The notes beneath the pieces are model-generated. The model made no database searches. It saw nothing but the letters and a program-made list of their open reading frames with translations, and was not told where the DNA came from. A stretch of DNA of 64,000 nt from Candidatus Coatesbacteria bacterium (GTDB lineage: Bacteria > RBG-13-66-14 > B26-G2 > JAUVZD01): NCBI GenBank assembly GCA_030602715.1, contig JAUVZD010000001.1, positions 364,557 through 428,556 on the forward strand, given 5' to 3'. Of the stretch, positions 28,971 through 38,790 are shown piece after piece. How positions within the stretch are numbered: position 1 is the first letter of the stretch; the number at the start of each line of letters is the position of its first letter. The translations under genes were made by a program, and so were the position numbers.

Positions 28971-29801
28971 TCAGCCAACACCCACCGCCGCCCGGGCGGC
29001 GTGCAGGAGAAGAACCGCGGTGGTAACCGGACCCACCCCGCCGGGAACCGGTGTATATGCACCGGCTACCTCCCCGACCTCCGGGTGGCAGTCGCCCAGG
29101 GGACCGCTACCGTCATCCAGATAGTTATAACCAGCGTCCACAACCACCATCTCCGAAGAGACCATATCCGGGGTGATGAGCCCCGCTTTCCCCGCCGCCA
29201 CGCAGAGAACCTCCGCCCGGGAGACCTCGGCACGCAAGTCCTTGGTTCGTGTATGACACACTGTTATGGTGGCGTGCTCCCTCAAAAGCAGTGCCCACAG
29301 CGGACGCCCCACCGCCAGGCTCCGCCCCACAATCACCACCCTGCTCCCCTTCAAAGGCAGTCGGTGATGCTTCATCAACCTGAGCATTGCGGAGGCGGTT
29401 GCGGGTACATATCTGGGATGATAGGCGAAGAGCCGGCCCAGGTTGGTGAAGGAGATGCCGTCCACATCCTTCTCCTCGGGGACCTTGGCCTGCAAATCCT
29501 CCTCGGCCACATCCTGCGGATAGGGGCGCTGGACGATTATCCCCCCCACCTGGGGGTCTGCTGAGGCTTGAGTGAGGGCGGAAAAGAGCTCCTTTGCATC
29601 ATCTACGACAATGCTCTGGGTAGGAAGACCAATCTTCTCCCCGGACTTGGCGATGAAGGAAGCGTAGTCTGCGGCGGAGGCGTCGCCCCTGGGTAGGATG
29701 ATGGCAAGCGTCTTCGGAGGCTCGTTTGATGTGGAAAGCAGCTTTTTCGCCTCGGCTTTGATACTTCCTGCAAGCTCCTTCCCCTTCCAGAGCTCAGTCA
29801 T
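28971..29801 (-). CDS. folD: Methylenetetrahydrofolate dehydrogenase/cyclohydrolase
   Basis: KDVDG, PATASA, GRSLAVGRP, TVCHTRT, VVDAG, PVPGGVGPVT. Confidence 0.93.
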   Translation of the reverse strand: MTELWKGKELAGSIKAEAKKLLSTSNEPPKTLAIILPRGDASAADYASFIAKSGEKIGLPTQSIVVDDAKELFSALTQASADPQVGGIIVQRPYPQDVAEEDLQAKVPEEKDVDGISFTNLGRLFAYHPRYVPATASAMLRLMKHHRLPLKGSRVVIVGRSLAVGRPLWALLLREHATITVCHTRTKDLRAEVSRAEVLCVAAGKAGLITPDMVSSEMVVVDAGYNYLDDGSGPLGDCHPEVGEVAGAYTPVPGGVGPVTTAVLLLHAARAAVGVG

Positions 29802-30621
29802 CCTCATCACCGTCCTGTAGTGAATACTCTTCTTCTTCCTCCAGAATCTGTATCCGCCGGGGGAGGGAGCACCTCCCCCCCTCCTCCAACTGCAGAAGAA
29901 CCCCCATCAGGACAGCGGGTCCCTTCTGGGGGGTCAGACGAACCGGCATATTGGTGAGCATATACTCAATAGCCTTGTCCCTATCAACACCTATCACCGA
30001 GTTCGCCGCTGCACAACAGCCGGCATCGGTTATGTAAGCGGTGCCTTTTGGCAGTATGGTCTCGTCGGCGGTGGGGACATGGGTGTGGGTGCCGATTACT
30101 GCACTTACCCGCCCGTCCAGATAATGCCCGATAGCCATCTTCTCGGCGGTGGCTTCGGCGTGAAAGTCAACGATTATGGGAACCTCTCCCGCTTTCTCCC
30201 TCAGCTCCTCAATGACCGCATCGGCGGTGCGGAAGGGACAATCAATGGGGTCCATAAACACCCGCCCCTGCAGGTTGATGACCCCGACTTTGGTCCCGTC
30301 CTTTGCCTCAAAGATACCGTAGCCGGAGCCGGGAGCTCTGGGGGGGAAGTTTGCCGGACGCAGAAGGCGGAGTTCCTCGCCAAACACCGGCAGGATGTCC
30401 TTATTTTTAAAGATGTGATTTCCGCCGGTGATAACATCAACGCCCAGGTCAAAGAGTAGGTCCATCACCTTGGGGGTGATGCCTATCCCCCCGGCGGAGT
30501 TCTCCCCGTTGGCTATAACCAGGTCAAGATGGTAGCGACGGCGCAAACCACCCAACTCACGGGCGACTATGCGCCGTCCCACCCTTCCTACTATATCCCC
30601 CAAGAATAGAATGTCGGTCAT
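29794..30621 (-). CDS. YmdB-like metallophosphoesterase (TIGR00282-type)
   Basis: GDIVG, NGENSAGG, TGGNH, VDFHAEATAEK, GTHTHVPTAD. Directly after rny. Confidence 0.95.
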   Translation of the reverse strand: MTDILFLGDIVGRVGRRIVARELGGLRRRYHLDLVIANGENSAGGIGITPKVMDLLFDLGVDVITGGNHIFKNKDILPVFGEELRLLRPANFPPRAPGSGYGIFEAKDGTKVGVINLQGRVFMDPIDCPFRTADAVIEELREKAGEVPIIVDFHAEATAEKMAIGHYLDGRVSAVIGTHTHVPTADETILPKGTAYITDAGCCAAANSVIGVDRDKAIEYMLTNMPVRLTPQKGPAVLMGVLLQLEEGGRCSLPRRIQILEEEEEYSLQDGDEDD

Positions 30622-30624
30622 AAT

Positions 30625-32202
30625 CTACTTGGCGTACTCCACCGCCCGCACCTCACGAATGACGGTGACCTTGATCTTGCCGGGATAATCCTGCTCCTCC
30701 TCAATCTTCCTGGCAATCTGGCGGGCCAGGTTGAAAGCCTCCTCATCGGGAACCTGGTCGTGCTCCACTATGATGCGCACCTCCCGACCTGCCTGAATGG
30801 CATAGGACTTGGACACACCGGCGAATGAGCCGGCAAGTTCCTCCAGCTGCTTGACCCTCTTGATGTAGCTCTCCAGGGTCTCCCGGCGGGCGCCGGGGCG
30901 GGTGGCGGAGATGGTATCACAGGCGGCGATCAGCACCGCCTCCAGAGTCTGGGGCTCGCACTGCTCGTGGTGGGAGGCGATGGCGTTCACCACCTTGGGG
31001 GATTCACCGAAACGTTGAGCAAGATCGGCGCCTATCTGGGCATGGGTGCCCTCCACCTCGTGGTCCACAGCCTTACCCAAGTCGTGCAGTAAGCCCATCC
31101 TGCGGGCGAGGTTGAAGTCCGCTCCCAGCTCGCTTGCCAGCACCCCGGCAAGATAGGCGACCTCCTTGGAGTGCTGGAGTACATTCTGACCGTAGCTGGT
31201 GCGATAAGCCAGCCGACCCAGGGTCTTTATCAGCTCCCGGTGGATTCCGGAGATGCCCAGCTCAAAGATAGCCTGCTCTGCCTCCTCCCGAATCTTATCC
31301 TCCATCTCCTGCTTTACCTTCTCCACCACCTCTTCAATTCGGGCTGGATGGATACGACCGTCCTGTATCAACCGTTCCAGCGATTCCCTGGCTATCTCCC
31401 GGCGAATGGGGTCAAAGGCGGAGACGATCACCGCCTCCGGGGTATCGTCAATTATCAGGTCCACGCCGGTGGCGTTCTCTATGGAGCGAATATTTCGCCC
31501 CTCCCGACCGATGATGCGCCCCTTCATCTCATCTGAGGGCAGATGCACCACCGAGACCGTGGATTCCACCGCATGGTCGGAGGCACAACGCTCCACAGCC
31601 AGGGCGAGGATATTACGAGCCTCTCTTTCGGCGTCCTCCTTGGCCTGCTCAACGATATCCTTCACCATTACCGCCGCCTCGCGCTCGGCATCCTGGCGCA
31701 TATTCTCCTTCAATATCTCCTTCGCCTCATCCCTGGTCAGTCCACCGATTCGTTCCAGCTGGCGGTTCTGCTCCTCCAGCACCTGCTTAACCCGATTCTC
31801 ACTCTCCATCACCTGCTGTTCACGACTCTGCAGTTTCGCCTGGCGTGATTCCAGCTCCGCCTCTTTGCGGTCCACATTATCCGACCTGCGCTCCAAACTG
31901 GCTTCCTTGGAGAGCTGGCGCTGTTCCATCTGCCGAAGTTCCCCGCGCTTATCCCGATTCTCCCGCTCCATTGCCTCCTTGGAGCGGTAGAGCTCATCTT
32001 TTGCCTCCAGCAGGGCGGCGCGCTTCTGGTTGGCTGCTTCCCGCTGAGCCTCCTCCAGGATGCTCTTCACCCGCTGCTCAGCGGTGCCTATCCTGGACTC
32101 CGCAATCCTCCTGCGCAGGATATATCCCAGGAAAAATGCCAGGGCGGAAAACCCCAACACCCCCACGACGGTCAGTAGAAAAGCGTATATGGGCACATTC
32201 AT
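30625..32202 (-). CDS. rny: Ribonuclease Y
   Basis: N-terminal TM, coiled coil, KH motif MKGRIIGREGRNIR, RTSYGQN, HD motif LLHDLGK, SYAIQAGRE. Confidence 0.98.
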   Translation of the reverse strand: MNVPIYAFLLTVVGVLGFSALAFFLGYILRRRIAESRIGTAEQRVKSILEEAQREAANQKRAALLEAKDELYRSKEAMERENRDKRGELRQMEQRQLSKEASLERRSDNVDRKEAELESRQAKLQSREQQVMESENRVKQVLEEQNRQLERIGGLTRDEAKEILKENMRQDAEREAAVMVKDIVEQAKEDAEREARNILALAVERCASDHAVESTVSVVHLPSDEMKGRIIGREGRNIRSIENATGVDLIIDDTPEAVIVSAFDPIRREIARESLERLIQDGRIHPARIEEVVEKVKQEMEDKIREEAEQAIFELGISGIHRELIKTLGRLAYRTSYGQNVLQHSKEVAYLAGVLASELGADFNLARRMGLLHDLGKAVDHEVEGTHAQIGADLAQRFGESPKVVNAIASHHEQCEPQTLEAVLIAACDTISATRPGARRETLESYIKRVKQLEELAGSFAGVSKSYAIQAGREVRIIVEHDQVPDEEAFNLARQIARKIEEEQDYPGKIKVTVIREVRAVEYAK

Positions 32203-32253
32203 AATCTCACACCTCTCGGTATCTATTCCCCGAGTGGTAGAGGATTTTTATGG

Positions 32254-32395
32254 AATTTTCTGGGAGGAACCCTCCGAGTTGAGGGTCGGCAGGAACTCAA
32301 CGGAAAGGCAAACCATCAATGCCAAGATGGTCTTATGATGAGACATCCCTTCTACATATAGCAGGGCTGATATGTTCAGGTCGGTACCTAGAATT
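32254..32395 (-). ncRNA. ssrS: Probable 6S RNA (ends approximate)
   Basis: Lies upstream of rny, a common ssrS position. The minus strand folds as a rod: TTCTAGG/CCCAGAA, CCGA/TCGG, TGA/TCA, an internal ACATAT/ATATGT hairpin, and a GAAGGG/CCTTTC plus ACCATC/GATGGT terminal stem. No covariance search was run. Confidence 0.45.
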
Positions 32396-32607
32396 TTGTG
32401 TTGCGGTCCTCAAATTCGCCTTCTATCTCTATCTCTTGGGTCATGAAGCCCTATTTGAACTTTCTGCCTTTGCCCTTCCTTCAAAACCGGCGCTAAAACC
32501 GGTCCTCTAATGCCTTCCACCCAATCCTTCTACCCGCAAGGGAAGTTTTAGTTCTTCTCTAAACGCTCCAAAAAAGAGCCGATAATTGCAAATTAAAGCG
32601 ATTCCAT

Positions 32608-33561
32608 CTACATAAAATATGTAATTCCTATCCTGTGGGATAAGCCGAACTGTTCGGGGAAGGAGACCGCATAGTCCACCCCCACCATCTTCAGCCGAAC
32701 TCCCACCCCGGCAAAGGGCTCGTCGGTTGCGGTGCGATAACCCCCACGCACGCTCAGTAGCTCCATCAAGGTAAACTCCCCCCCGAAGCGACCGCTCAAT
32801 CTTCCCTCCAGGTCCACTTCCATCTCCCCGCTGGCGGTGAAGCCGTAAAGGGAGCCGAATGCGGTTCCCAGACGAAAATGCTGGAGGGGAATGTCCGACT
32901 GCTCCTTCAGACGAATATTGGGGGATACCAGGTTCTCAACGGTAAAAGCGATGCGGAAGAGGGAGTGGAAATAGCGCATAAAGCCGATATCAATCCCGAA
33001 GCCGGAATCGGAATACTTATCCAACTTGCTATAAAATATCTTGAAATTGAATCCGATGTAGGTTGAGGGAGGAATCTCCTCCTCAAAATCTCCGCCGAAA
33101 CCCTTCCCCCAAGCCAGGGCAATCAGCGTCTCGGTGGGGATGAAGGTGCGTCCGGTGGGACCGAAGTCAACCTCTTCCATCTCCCCGAACTGCATATGGA
33201 CAAAACCCGCCCCCAAGGTGCCCAGAGTTCCGAAGCCGATGGTCAGTGGTTTTGCCAGACCGAGATAGGAGATGGTGTAGCCGGGAAGCTCCGTAAAGGG
33301 GCGAGAGAAACTAAGGGAAAGCTCGCCCTCCTCCAACTGCCCCAGTCCGGCGGGATTGTAGAGGAAAGCCGAGGCGTCGTCAGCCACGGCGGTGAAGGCT
33401 CCGCCAAAGCCCACTGCCCGGGCGGATATGCCCTGGTCAAGAAAAGCAAACGGCTCTCCCCCTGCAGGTCCGTCCACTGCCGGGACTTGAGAGACGAAAA
33501 GTAAAAATATAAATGTTAAAACGCCGAAAAGGATAAAGTATCTATAAGACATTAAGTTCAC
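32608..33561 (-). CDS. PorV/PorQ-like (UPF0164) outer-membrane beta-barrel protein
   Basis: Signal peptide, FLDQGISARAVGFGGAFTAVADDASAFLYNPAGL, DIG, SVRGGY, SHRIGITYF. Confidence 0.87.
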   Translation of the reverse strand: MNLMSYRYFILFGVLTFIFLLFVSQVPAVDGPAGGEPFAFLDQGISARAVGFGGAFTAVADDASAFLYNPAGLGQLEEGELSLSFSRPFTELPGYTISYLGLAKPLTIGFGTLGTLGAGFVHMQFGEMEEVDFGPTGRTFIPTETLIALAWGKGFGGDFEEEIPPSTYIGFNFKIFYSKLDKYSDSGFGIDIGFMRYFHSLFRIAFTVENLVSPNIRLKEQSDIPLQHFRLGTAFGSLYGFTASGEMEVDLEGRLSGRFGGEFTLMELLSVRGGYRTATDEPFAGVGVRLKMVGVDYAVSFPEQFGLSHRIGITYFM

Positions 33562-33674
33562 CTTTCAAAACCACTTGCACAGATGTATAGTTCAAGAGGT
33601 AATACTAAGAATAACACTATTAAAGTTTTTATGCAAGGGATATTTTACCCTTTATCGGTGGCTTTCTCCGCCAG

Positions 33675-34138
33675 TCCGGGCGTATGTAATGTACGCGGTG
33701 AACGCGGTCGTAATCGTCGCGGCGGCCAGCTTCCTTCCGGGTCTGGGCGCGCGCATCGCCGAGATGACGGGCCTGGGGCAGACCTTCGTCGGGAGCCTGT
33801 TTATCGCGATGTCCACGTCGCTGCCGGAGCTGGTCGTAACGATGGCGACGGTACGCATCGGCGCGATTGACTTGGCCCTGGGGAACCTCTTCGGGAGCAA
33901 CCTATTCAACGTCGCGATTCTGGCGGCCGACGACATCATCTACACAAAAGGCCCTATTCTGGCCGACGTCTCGAGCAACCACCTGATAACCGCCGCGTCG
34001 GCGATTGCGATGACGGCGGCGGTGGTCGTAGGCCTGACCTACCGAACTATAAAGCAACCGTTCCTCCTGGCCTGGGATTCAATGGGCATCCTCGCGATCT
34101 ACTTCGTCAGCACCGTGATGTTGTATACGTTGAGGTGA
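33675..34138 (+). pseudogene. 3' half of a Na+/Ca2+ (CaCA) antiporter
   Basis: Alpha-repeat STSLPELVV...GNLFGSNLFN. Only about 5 TMs and no credible start. Abrupt switch to CpG-rich codons near 33675. Confidence 0.75.
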
Positions 34139-34256
34139 ATATATTTAAAGAAGCACATCCATCATTTATGTTGACTTGTAGTTAGTAATATGCTAAATTA
34201 GTAAAAAATCTAGGTTTGAATTTAGAATAACTCATTATTACTTAGGGGGCTAAGAT

Positions 34257-35795
34257 ATGCCAGAATGGGTTGTGGAGCTATTAAGCATTTTAAAATGGCC
34301 CGCCTGTGTGGCGTTCATTGTAATAATCGCCCTCCTATTATTCAAGAAGGGGATACTCAAACGTTTAAATTCGATTAAGCAAGTTAAGTTTAAAAAAGGA
34401 GACTCTGAGGCTAAAGTAGATTTAGGAAAAGACGAACTCGAAACGGAACAACTAACCGAATCTAAACCTAAACTAATAAACGAAGAAGCCCCGGCGAAAG
34501 AAGAAATACCAAAGAAGCCGAAACCGGAAAAGCCGAAAGATTGGTTTTCCGAAATGATTATAGCCTTTATTAATAGGGATACCGATAAAGCTAAAGAAGC
34601 ATATGGAAAATTGCAAAAATCGGAGAAAGAAGAAATACCGAAATTGAAGAACGAAGTTATTTACCAATCTAATCTATATATGTACGGCATAGATTCCGCC
34701 GGTCTAGAAAATTTATACGAATTAGCTAAAAACGAAAAAGTATCCGCGTTTGCTTGGTATAGGATAGGTATGTGCTACGAGAAAAACGGCGAATTAGAAA
34801 AAGCTTGCTCTGCTTACGAAAACGCCGTCGAAAAAACCGATAATGACGATCAATACATCCGATATATTATAGAATTGGCCAACTGCTTATACTTAAACGG
34901 TAATAAACTAGAAGCTTTTAATAGATTAGCGGATTCCAGCCTATTGACTTCAGATTCGGATAATGTTTATAAAGTATACGAAGCATTAGGGAAACTATAC
35001 GGAAAAGAAAACGACCCGCTATCACGTGCTCTCGCTCTTGAATTAGCGTTAGAAAATAACCCTTCTAAATCCGGCGTAAAATTTGATACCGCATATTCAT
35101 ATAGCGATGCCGATTTACCATTACTCTCTATGTTACATTATAAAAACCTATTAAATATTAAACCTGAAAATCGTATTGCTACTAATAACTTAGGAGTATT
35201 TTACGACAAATTGGGCCTAAATATAAAATCCGTCGATTGTTTCAGGAAAGCCGCTGATAACGAATTACCGCTCGCTTTAGGTAATCTTTCTAAAATATAC
35301 TCAAGTTCCGGCTTTAAAAGAGAAGCTATGGAGTTAAATGAAAAGGCTAAAAAACTGGAGAATATCCCCGGCCCAATAGCCGAAGCCATTACCGCTTTAT
35401 CTAATAAGGAGGAGAAAGAGGAAGAAACGGAAACTAAATTATTATCAACAGCGTTGGAAGAACAACGGTTTTTGCGGCAATTCGCGAAAGCGTATATACA
35501 GAAAACCGATACTATCCCTAAAATAAAAGGTATTTGGCAAATACCGGAAAAAGGGGAATTAACTATTGAACAAAACGATAATATCATAAATGGTTTATCA
35601 GAATGGGATAATAAGAAATTCGAAATCGAAGGTAAGCTAAAAAACCGTGGTCTATTATTTAAGACCTCAGAATATAGTTACAGTTGGAAATTCGGTAAAG
35701 GATTCGGTATCGTTTCGGATAATCAACAAGTAATCAACGCCATGTTAGTATCCGGTAACGAAGTCGACTTCTTGAAGCTAACTAAGTCCGATTAA
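34257..35795 (+). CDS. AT-rich membrane-anchored TPR-like protein
   Basis: N-terminal TM, TPR-like repeats (AWYRIGMCYEKNG, ATNNLGVFY). Upstream TTGACT-17-TAAATT promoter and GGGG RBS. Confidence 0.75.
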   Translation: MPEWVVELLSILKWPACVAFIVIIALLLFKKGILKRLNSIKQVKFKKGDSEAKVDLGKDELETEQLTESKPKLINEEAPAKEEIPKKPKPEKPKDWFSEMIIAFINRDTDKAKEAYGKLQKSEKEEIPKLKNEVIYQSNLYMYGIDSAGLENLYELAKNEKVSAFAWYRIGMCYEKNGELEKACSAYENAVEKTDNDDQYIRYIIELANCLYLNGNKLEAFNRLADSSLLTSDSDNVYKVYEALGKLYGKENDPLSRALALELALENNPSKSGVKFDTAYSYSDADLPLLSMLHYKNLLNIKPENRIATNNLGVFYDKLGLNIKSVDCFRKAADNELPLALGNLSKIYSSSGFKREAMELNEKAKKLENIPGPIAEAITALSNKEEKEEETETKLLSTALEEQRFLRQFAKAYIQKTDTIPKIKGIWQIPEKGELTIEQNDNIINGLSEWDNKKFEIEGKLKNRGLLFKTSEYSYSWKFGKGFGIVSDNQQVINAMLVSGNEVDFLKLTKSD

Positions 35796-35853
35796 CTATG
35801 ATACGACATATTAAAGCCCTCTTTCTATAACAATATACTCTCTCTTCATAAGG

Positions 35854-35910
35854 TTGCGTACTCTCGCGATAGACTGGGGCGAAGCCCGCGTGGGCCTCGC
35901 GATGACCGCG
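35854..35910 (+). pseudogene. 5' fragment of Holliday junction resolvase-like RuvX/YqgF
   Basis: LRTLAIDWGEARVGLAMT matches the YqgF N-terminus. Similarity stops after about 18 codons, at the duplicated block. Confidence 0.65.
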
Positions 35911-35916
35911 GCGCCC

Positions 35917-36421
35917 GCTTCGACTGGGGAGACAAGAACGTATCCGCCGCTTCGATGGAGTATTATCTGGTCGGCGGTAAATCTCTGTCCGGACCTTTCG
36001 AGGGCGAAGATTGTATCCCCTTCAAACAGTCCTCTTATCCACAAACACACTGTTATCAAAGGGATTCTCCGAAGTGTAGCCCATCTTTCTAAAGTGCTCC
36101 CGACGGTGCTCTATCAGCTTCCTGCGCCCCATCTTCATCAGGGGCTTGAGATGCCCCAGGATTGCTTCCTTCAGCGCCTTTGCTGAAGCCTCATAGTCGG
36201 TATGAGCTCCGCCCAGCGGCTCCTGAACCACCTCATCCACCACCCCCAGCTTGAACAGGTCCCGGGCGGTAATCCTGAGTATTCGCGAGCTCTCCGGGGC
36301 TTCCGCCCTATCCCGCCACAGTATGGCGGCGCAACCCTCAGGGGATATGACCGAATAGTAGGCGTTTGAAAGTATCAGCACCACATTGCCGACGCCGATG
36401 CCCAAAGCCCCCCCACTTCCC
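35917..36421 (-). repeat. Diverged second copy of the accA 3' end plus about 100 bp of downstream DNA
   Basis: Aligns to 38286-38790 at an offset of 2369 nt. 16 substitutions counted by eye; 9 of the 11 in the coding part are synonymous. Confidence 0.95.
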
Positions 36422-36512
36422 GGACGGTCTTCGCCGGCGGGTTGAACTTGTTGCGGAGCGAAAAGAAGACGGCGGAAAGCCAAAAACCGACCTTGCCGTC
36501 TCTTTTGGCCAT
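36411..36512 (-). pseudogene. 5' fragment of a class I methyltransferase fused to the accA copy
   Basis: MAKRDGKVGFWLSAVFFSLRNKFNPPAKTVREVG resembles small MTase N-termini. It breaks off in GGGAAGTGGG, which also reads as the accA copy. Confidence 0.5.
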
Positions 36513-36541
36513 AAGCAACCCGGGGATTCAGTTGTTAATTT

Positions 36542-38002
36542 TTATTCGCCGTTCGTTCCTTCCAAATCCGCCAGACCCTCCCGGGCAAAATCCAAAGACC
36601 CGGTAAAATCTATGCCTGATTCGAGAACCGTTTCGAACTCGGCCCGGGCTTCGTCGGTCCTCCCCGTTTCCGAATAGCATTTGCCGAGGTAGTTACGCGC
36701 CAAGACTTCAATAATGGGTTTTACGCTGCCGCCTTTACCCTGCAGGCAATTATTCAACGCCCCTATGGCTTCGTCGAACTTACCCTGTTCCAGATAGGTC
36801 TGTCCCAGGTACAGCCACGCCCACGCGTTATCGGGCTCGGCCTCGGTTTTCTTCAGGAATCCGGCCTCGGCTTCCTCGTAACGGCCGATCTGTAAATACC
36901 CGACGGCCATCTCGGTCGACGCCTTTTCTCGGGCAGTCCCGAGGTCGTCGCAGCCGTCGCCGAACAAAAAGAACCCGGCCGCAACCGGCGGTTCCGACAG
37001 CCCTTCCCACTCGAACGCCGGCGGATAAGAGACCAGGCCGCCCGGCTGTAGAAACCTGAACTCCCGCTCCAACCCGAGGTCCGGGTGCTCGACCTTAATG
37101 TTGTTGCCGACCGAGACGATAAGCCGGTTGGGGTATAGATTGCCGAACAGGTAATCCCCGCTCTTTTCCGGGATACCCGTTTTTTCCATAAAGCGTTCAA
37201 TCTGCTCCTCGTCGTTAAAATTCGGGTCATGCCCTTCCACCAATTCAGCGACGGTCGCATCCGCTGGTATCCAACCGTACGGCGGTACGTAGAACTCCGC
37301 CCACTGGTGCCCCTCCTTGTCGAACCAGACGCAGGTCACGGTTCTGGCGGGAATACCCTGGGCCCGACACAAAGCGCAAAAGACTACGCTGTACTCGCCG
37401 CAGTCGCCCTTCAGGCGCACGAACGAGTTAGCGGCGCCCCGAAGGCTCAAGTCCGGGTATTCGTACGTCATGTTGTCGACGACCCAATCGAATATTAAAT
37501 GGGCTTTAACGTACGGGTTTTTCTCGTCGCCCACTATCTCTTCGGACTTGGCGATTATCGCGTTCGTTACGTCAATCCAGTACTCCGATTTGGTGTAACG
37601 GACGTACTTCTCGGATTCCACGTCGTACGGTTCAACGCCGGCGGGGTCGGCGTCCACGTTTACTTCATAGACCGCGTAATCGAAATCGTAATAGAACAAC
37701 AATCCGCCGCTCTCGTCGAAATCCGTAACGCGCCAGAAGATTATCCGGTTCCCGCCCAGGTCGTCCTCGACCACGTCGTAAGGCTCGGGGTATATCTCGC
37801 CCATCTCGACGTCCTGCCCCCGATGGTTTACCGGCTGAGCCACCCAGAGCCGGAGTTCGCCGTCATCGCCTTCTGCGGATACGTTTTCGACGAAAAACCA
37901 GAACCTTCCCTTGCTCGTTTCCCGAGCGCCCTCCTCCGAAGCGACGGCGAACGCCCCCAGAGCCAATATTACCGTTAACGTCATAACCGATAAATAGCGC
38001 AC
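36542..38002 (-). CDS. Secreted transglutaminase-like cysteine enzyme with C-terminal TPRs
   Basis: GGAGG RBS and GTG start at 38002, signal peptide, triad GDCGEYS / GHQWAEFY / WIPADAT, TPRs. CpG-rich. Confidence 0.9.
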   Translation of the reverse strand: MRYLSVMTLTVILALGAFAVASEEGARETSKGRFWFFVENVSAEGDDGELRLWVAQPVNHRGQDVEMGEIYPEPYDVVEDDLGGNRIIFWRVTDFDESGGLLFYYDFDYAVYEVNVDADPAGVEPYDVESEKYVRYTKSEYWIDVTNAIIAKSEEIVGDEKNPYVKAHLIFDWVVDNMTYEYPDLSLRGAANSFVRLKGDCGEYSVVFCALCRAQGIPARTVTCVWFDKEGHQWAEFYVPPYGWIPADATVAELVEGHDPNFNDEEQIERFMEKTGIPEKSGDYLFGNLYPNRLIVSVGNNIKVEHPDLGLEREFRFLQPGGLVSYPPAFEWEGLSEPPVAAGFFLFGDGCDDLGTAREKASTEMAVGYLQIGRYEEAEAGFLKKTEAEPDNAWAWLYLGQTYLEQGKFDEAIGALNNCLQGKGGSVKPIIEVLARNYLGKCYSETGRTDEARAEFETVLESGIDFTGSLDFAREGLADLEGTNGE

Positions 38003-38084
38003 TTCTTTACCTCCTGTTTGTATTTGATAACTCTTACACCGATAGACTTCTCCCACGTATGAGGGCGACCAATTAAACGTGAAG

Positions 38085-38280
38085 CTACAGACCCTCCATT
38101 TCTGCCCACAAGTCCGCGCCCCGGGCCCAATCGGCGAGCCACGCCTCGAAGGTCGCCTTGTGCGCGACGAGCTGAGCCGGCGGCGCCAGCGCGCCCGGGT
38201 TCGGTTCCGATAAACTCCGCCGGGTCAAACCGGTAGCGGCGGTTGAAACCCCAGGTGCTTAACCCGCCGAAGGCCGCGAA
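38085..38280 (-). pseudogene. Degenerate 3' fragment of an unidentified donor gene
   Basis: GC3-rich codons in two frames (GFAAFGGLSTWGFNRRYRFDPAEF, then LAPPAQLVAHKATFEAWLADW...EGL-stop). No start. Confidence 0.35.
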
Positions 38281-38285
38281 TCCCG

Positions 38286-38790
38286 GCTTCAACCGGGGAG
38301 ACAAGAACGTATCCGCCGCTTCGATTGAGTATTATCTGGTCGGCGGTAAATCTCTGTCCGGACCTTTCAAGGCCGAAGATTGTATCCCCTTCAAACAGTC
38401 CTCGTATCCACAAACACACTGTTATCAAAGGGATTCTCCGAGGTGTATCCCATCTTTCTAAAGTGTTCCCGGCGGTGCTCTATCAGCTTCCTGCGCCCCA
38501 TCTTCATCAGGGGCTTGAGATGCCCCAGGATTGCTTCCTTCAGCGCCTTTGCTGAAGCCTCATAGTCGGTATGAGCTCCGCCCAGCGGCTCCTGCACCAC
38601 CTCATCCACCACCCCCAGCTTTAACAGGTCCCGGGCGGTAATCCTGAGTATTCGCGAGCTTTCCGGGGCTTCCGCCCTATCCCGCCACAGTATGGCGGCG
38701 CAACCCTCAGGGGATATGACCGAATAGTAGGCGTTTGAAAGTATCAGCACCACATTGCCGACGCCGATTCCCAAAGCTCCCCCGCTTCCC
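38286..38790 (-). repeat. Resident copy of the 505-bp accA 3' duplication
   Basis: Partner of 35917-36421. Confidence 0.95.

Noticed and set aside
32305-32345. GGCAAACCATC...GATGG resembling a c-di-GMP-I riboswitch
   Set aside because: It lacks the GNRA loop and the following GACGCAAAGC-like element, and lies antisense to rny. Better explained as the terminal stem of the putative 6S RNA.
38240-38300. GTTGAAAC and CCCGGCTTCAACCGGGG resembling a CRISPR repeat end, REP, IS200/605 end or integron attC
   Set aside because: Single occurrence with no spacers, cas, tnpA or intI. The stretch reads as GC3-rich coding remnant, and the cargo carries truncated genes rather than clean cassettes.
38225-38428. 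ORF overlapping the accA end (ITVCLWIRG...SPVEAG), present in both duplicate copies
   Set aside because: No recognisable family, and other frames look equally coding. Left as the unexplained part of the duplication rather than called as a gene.
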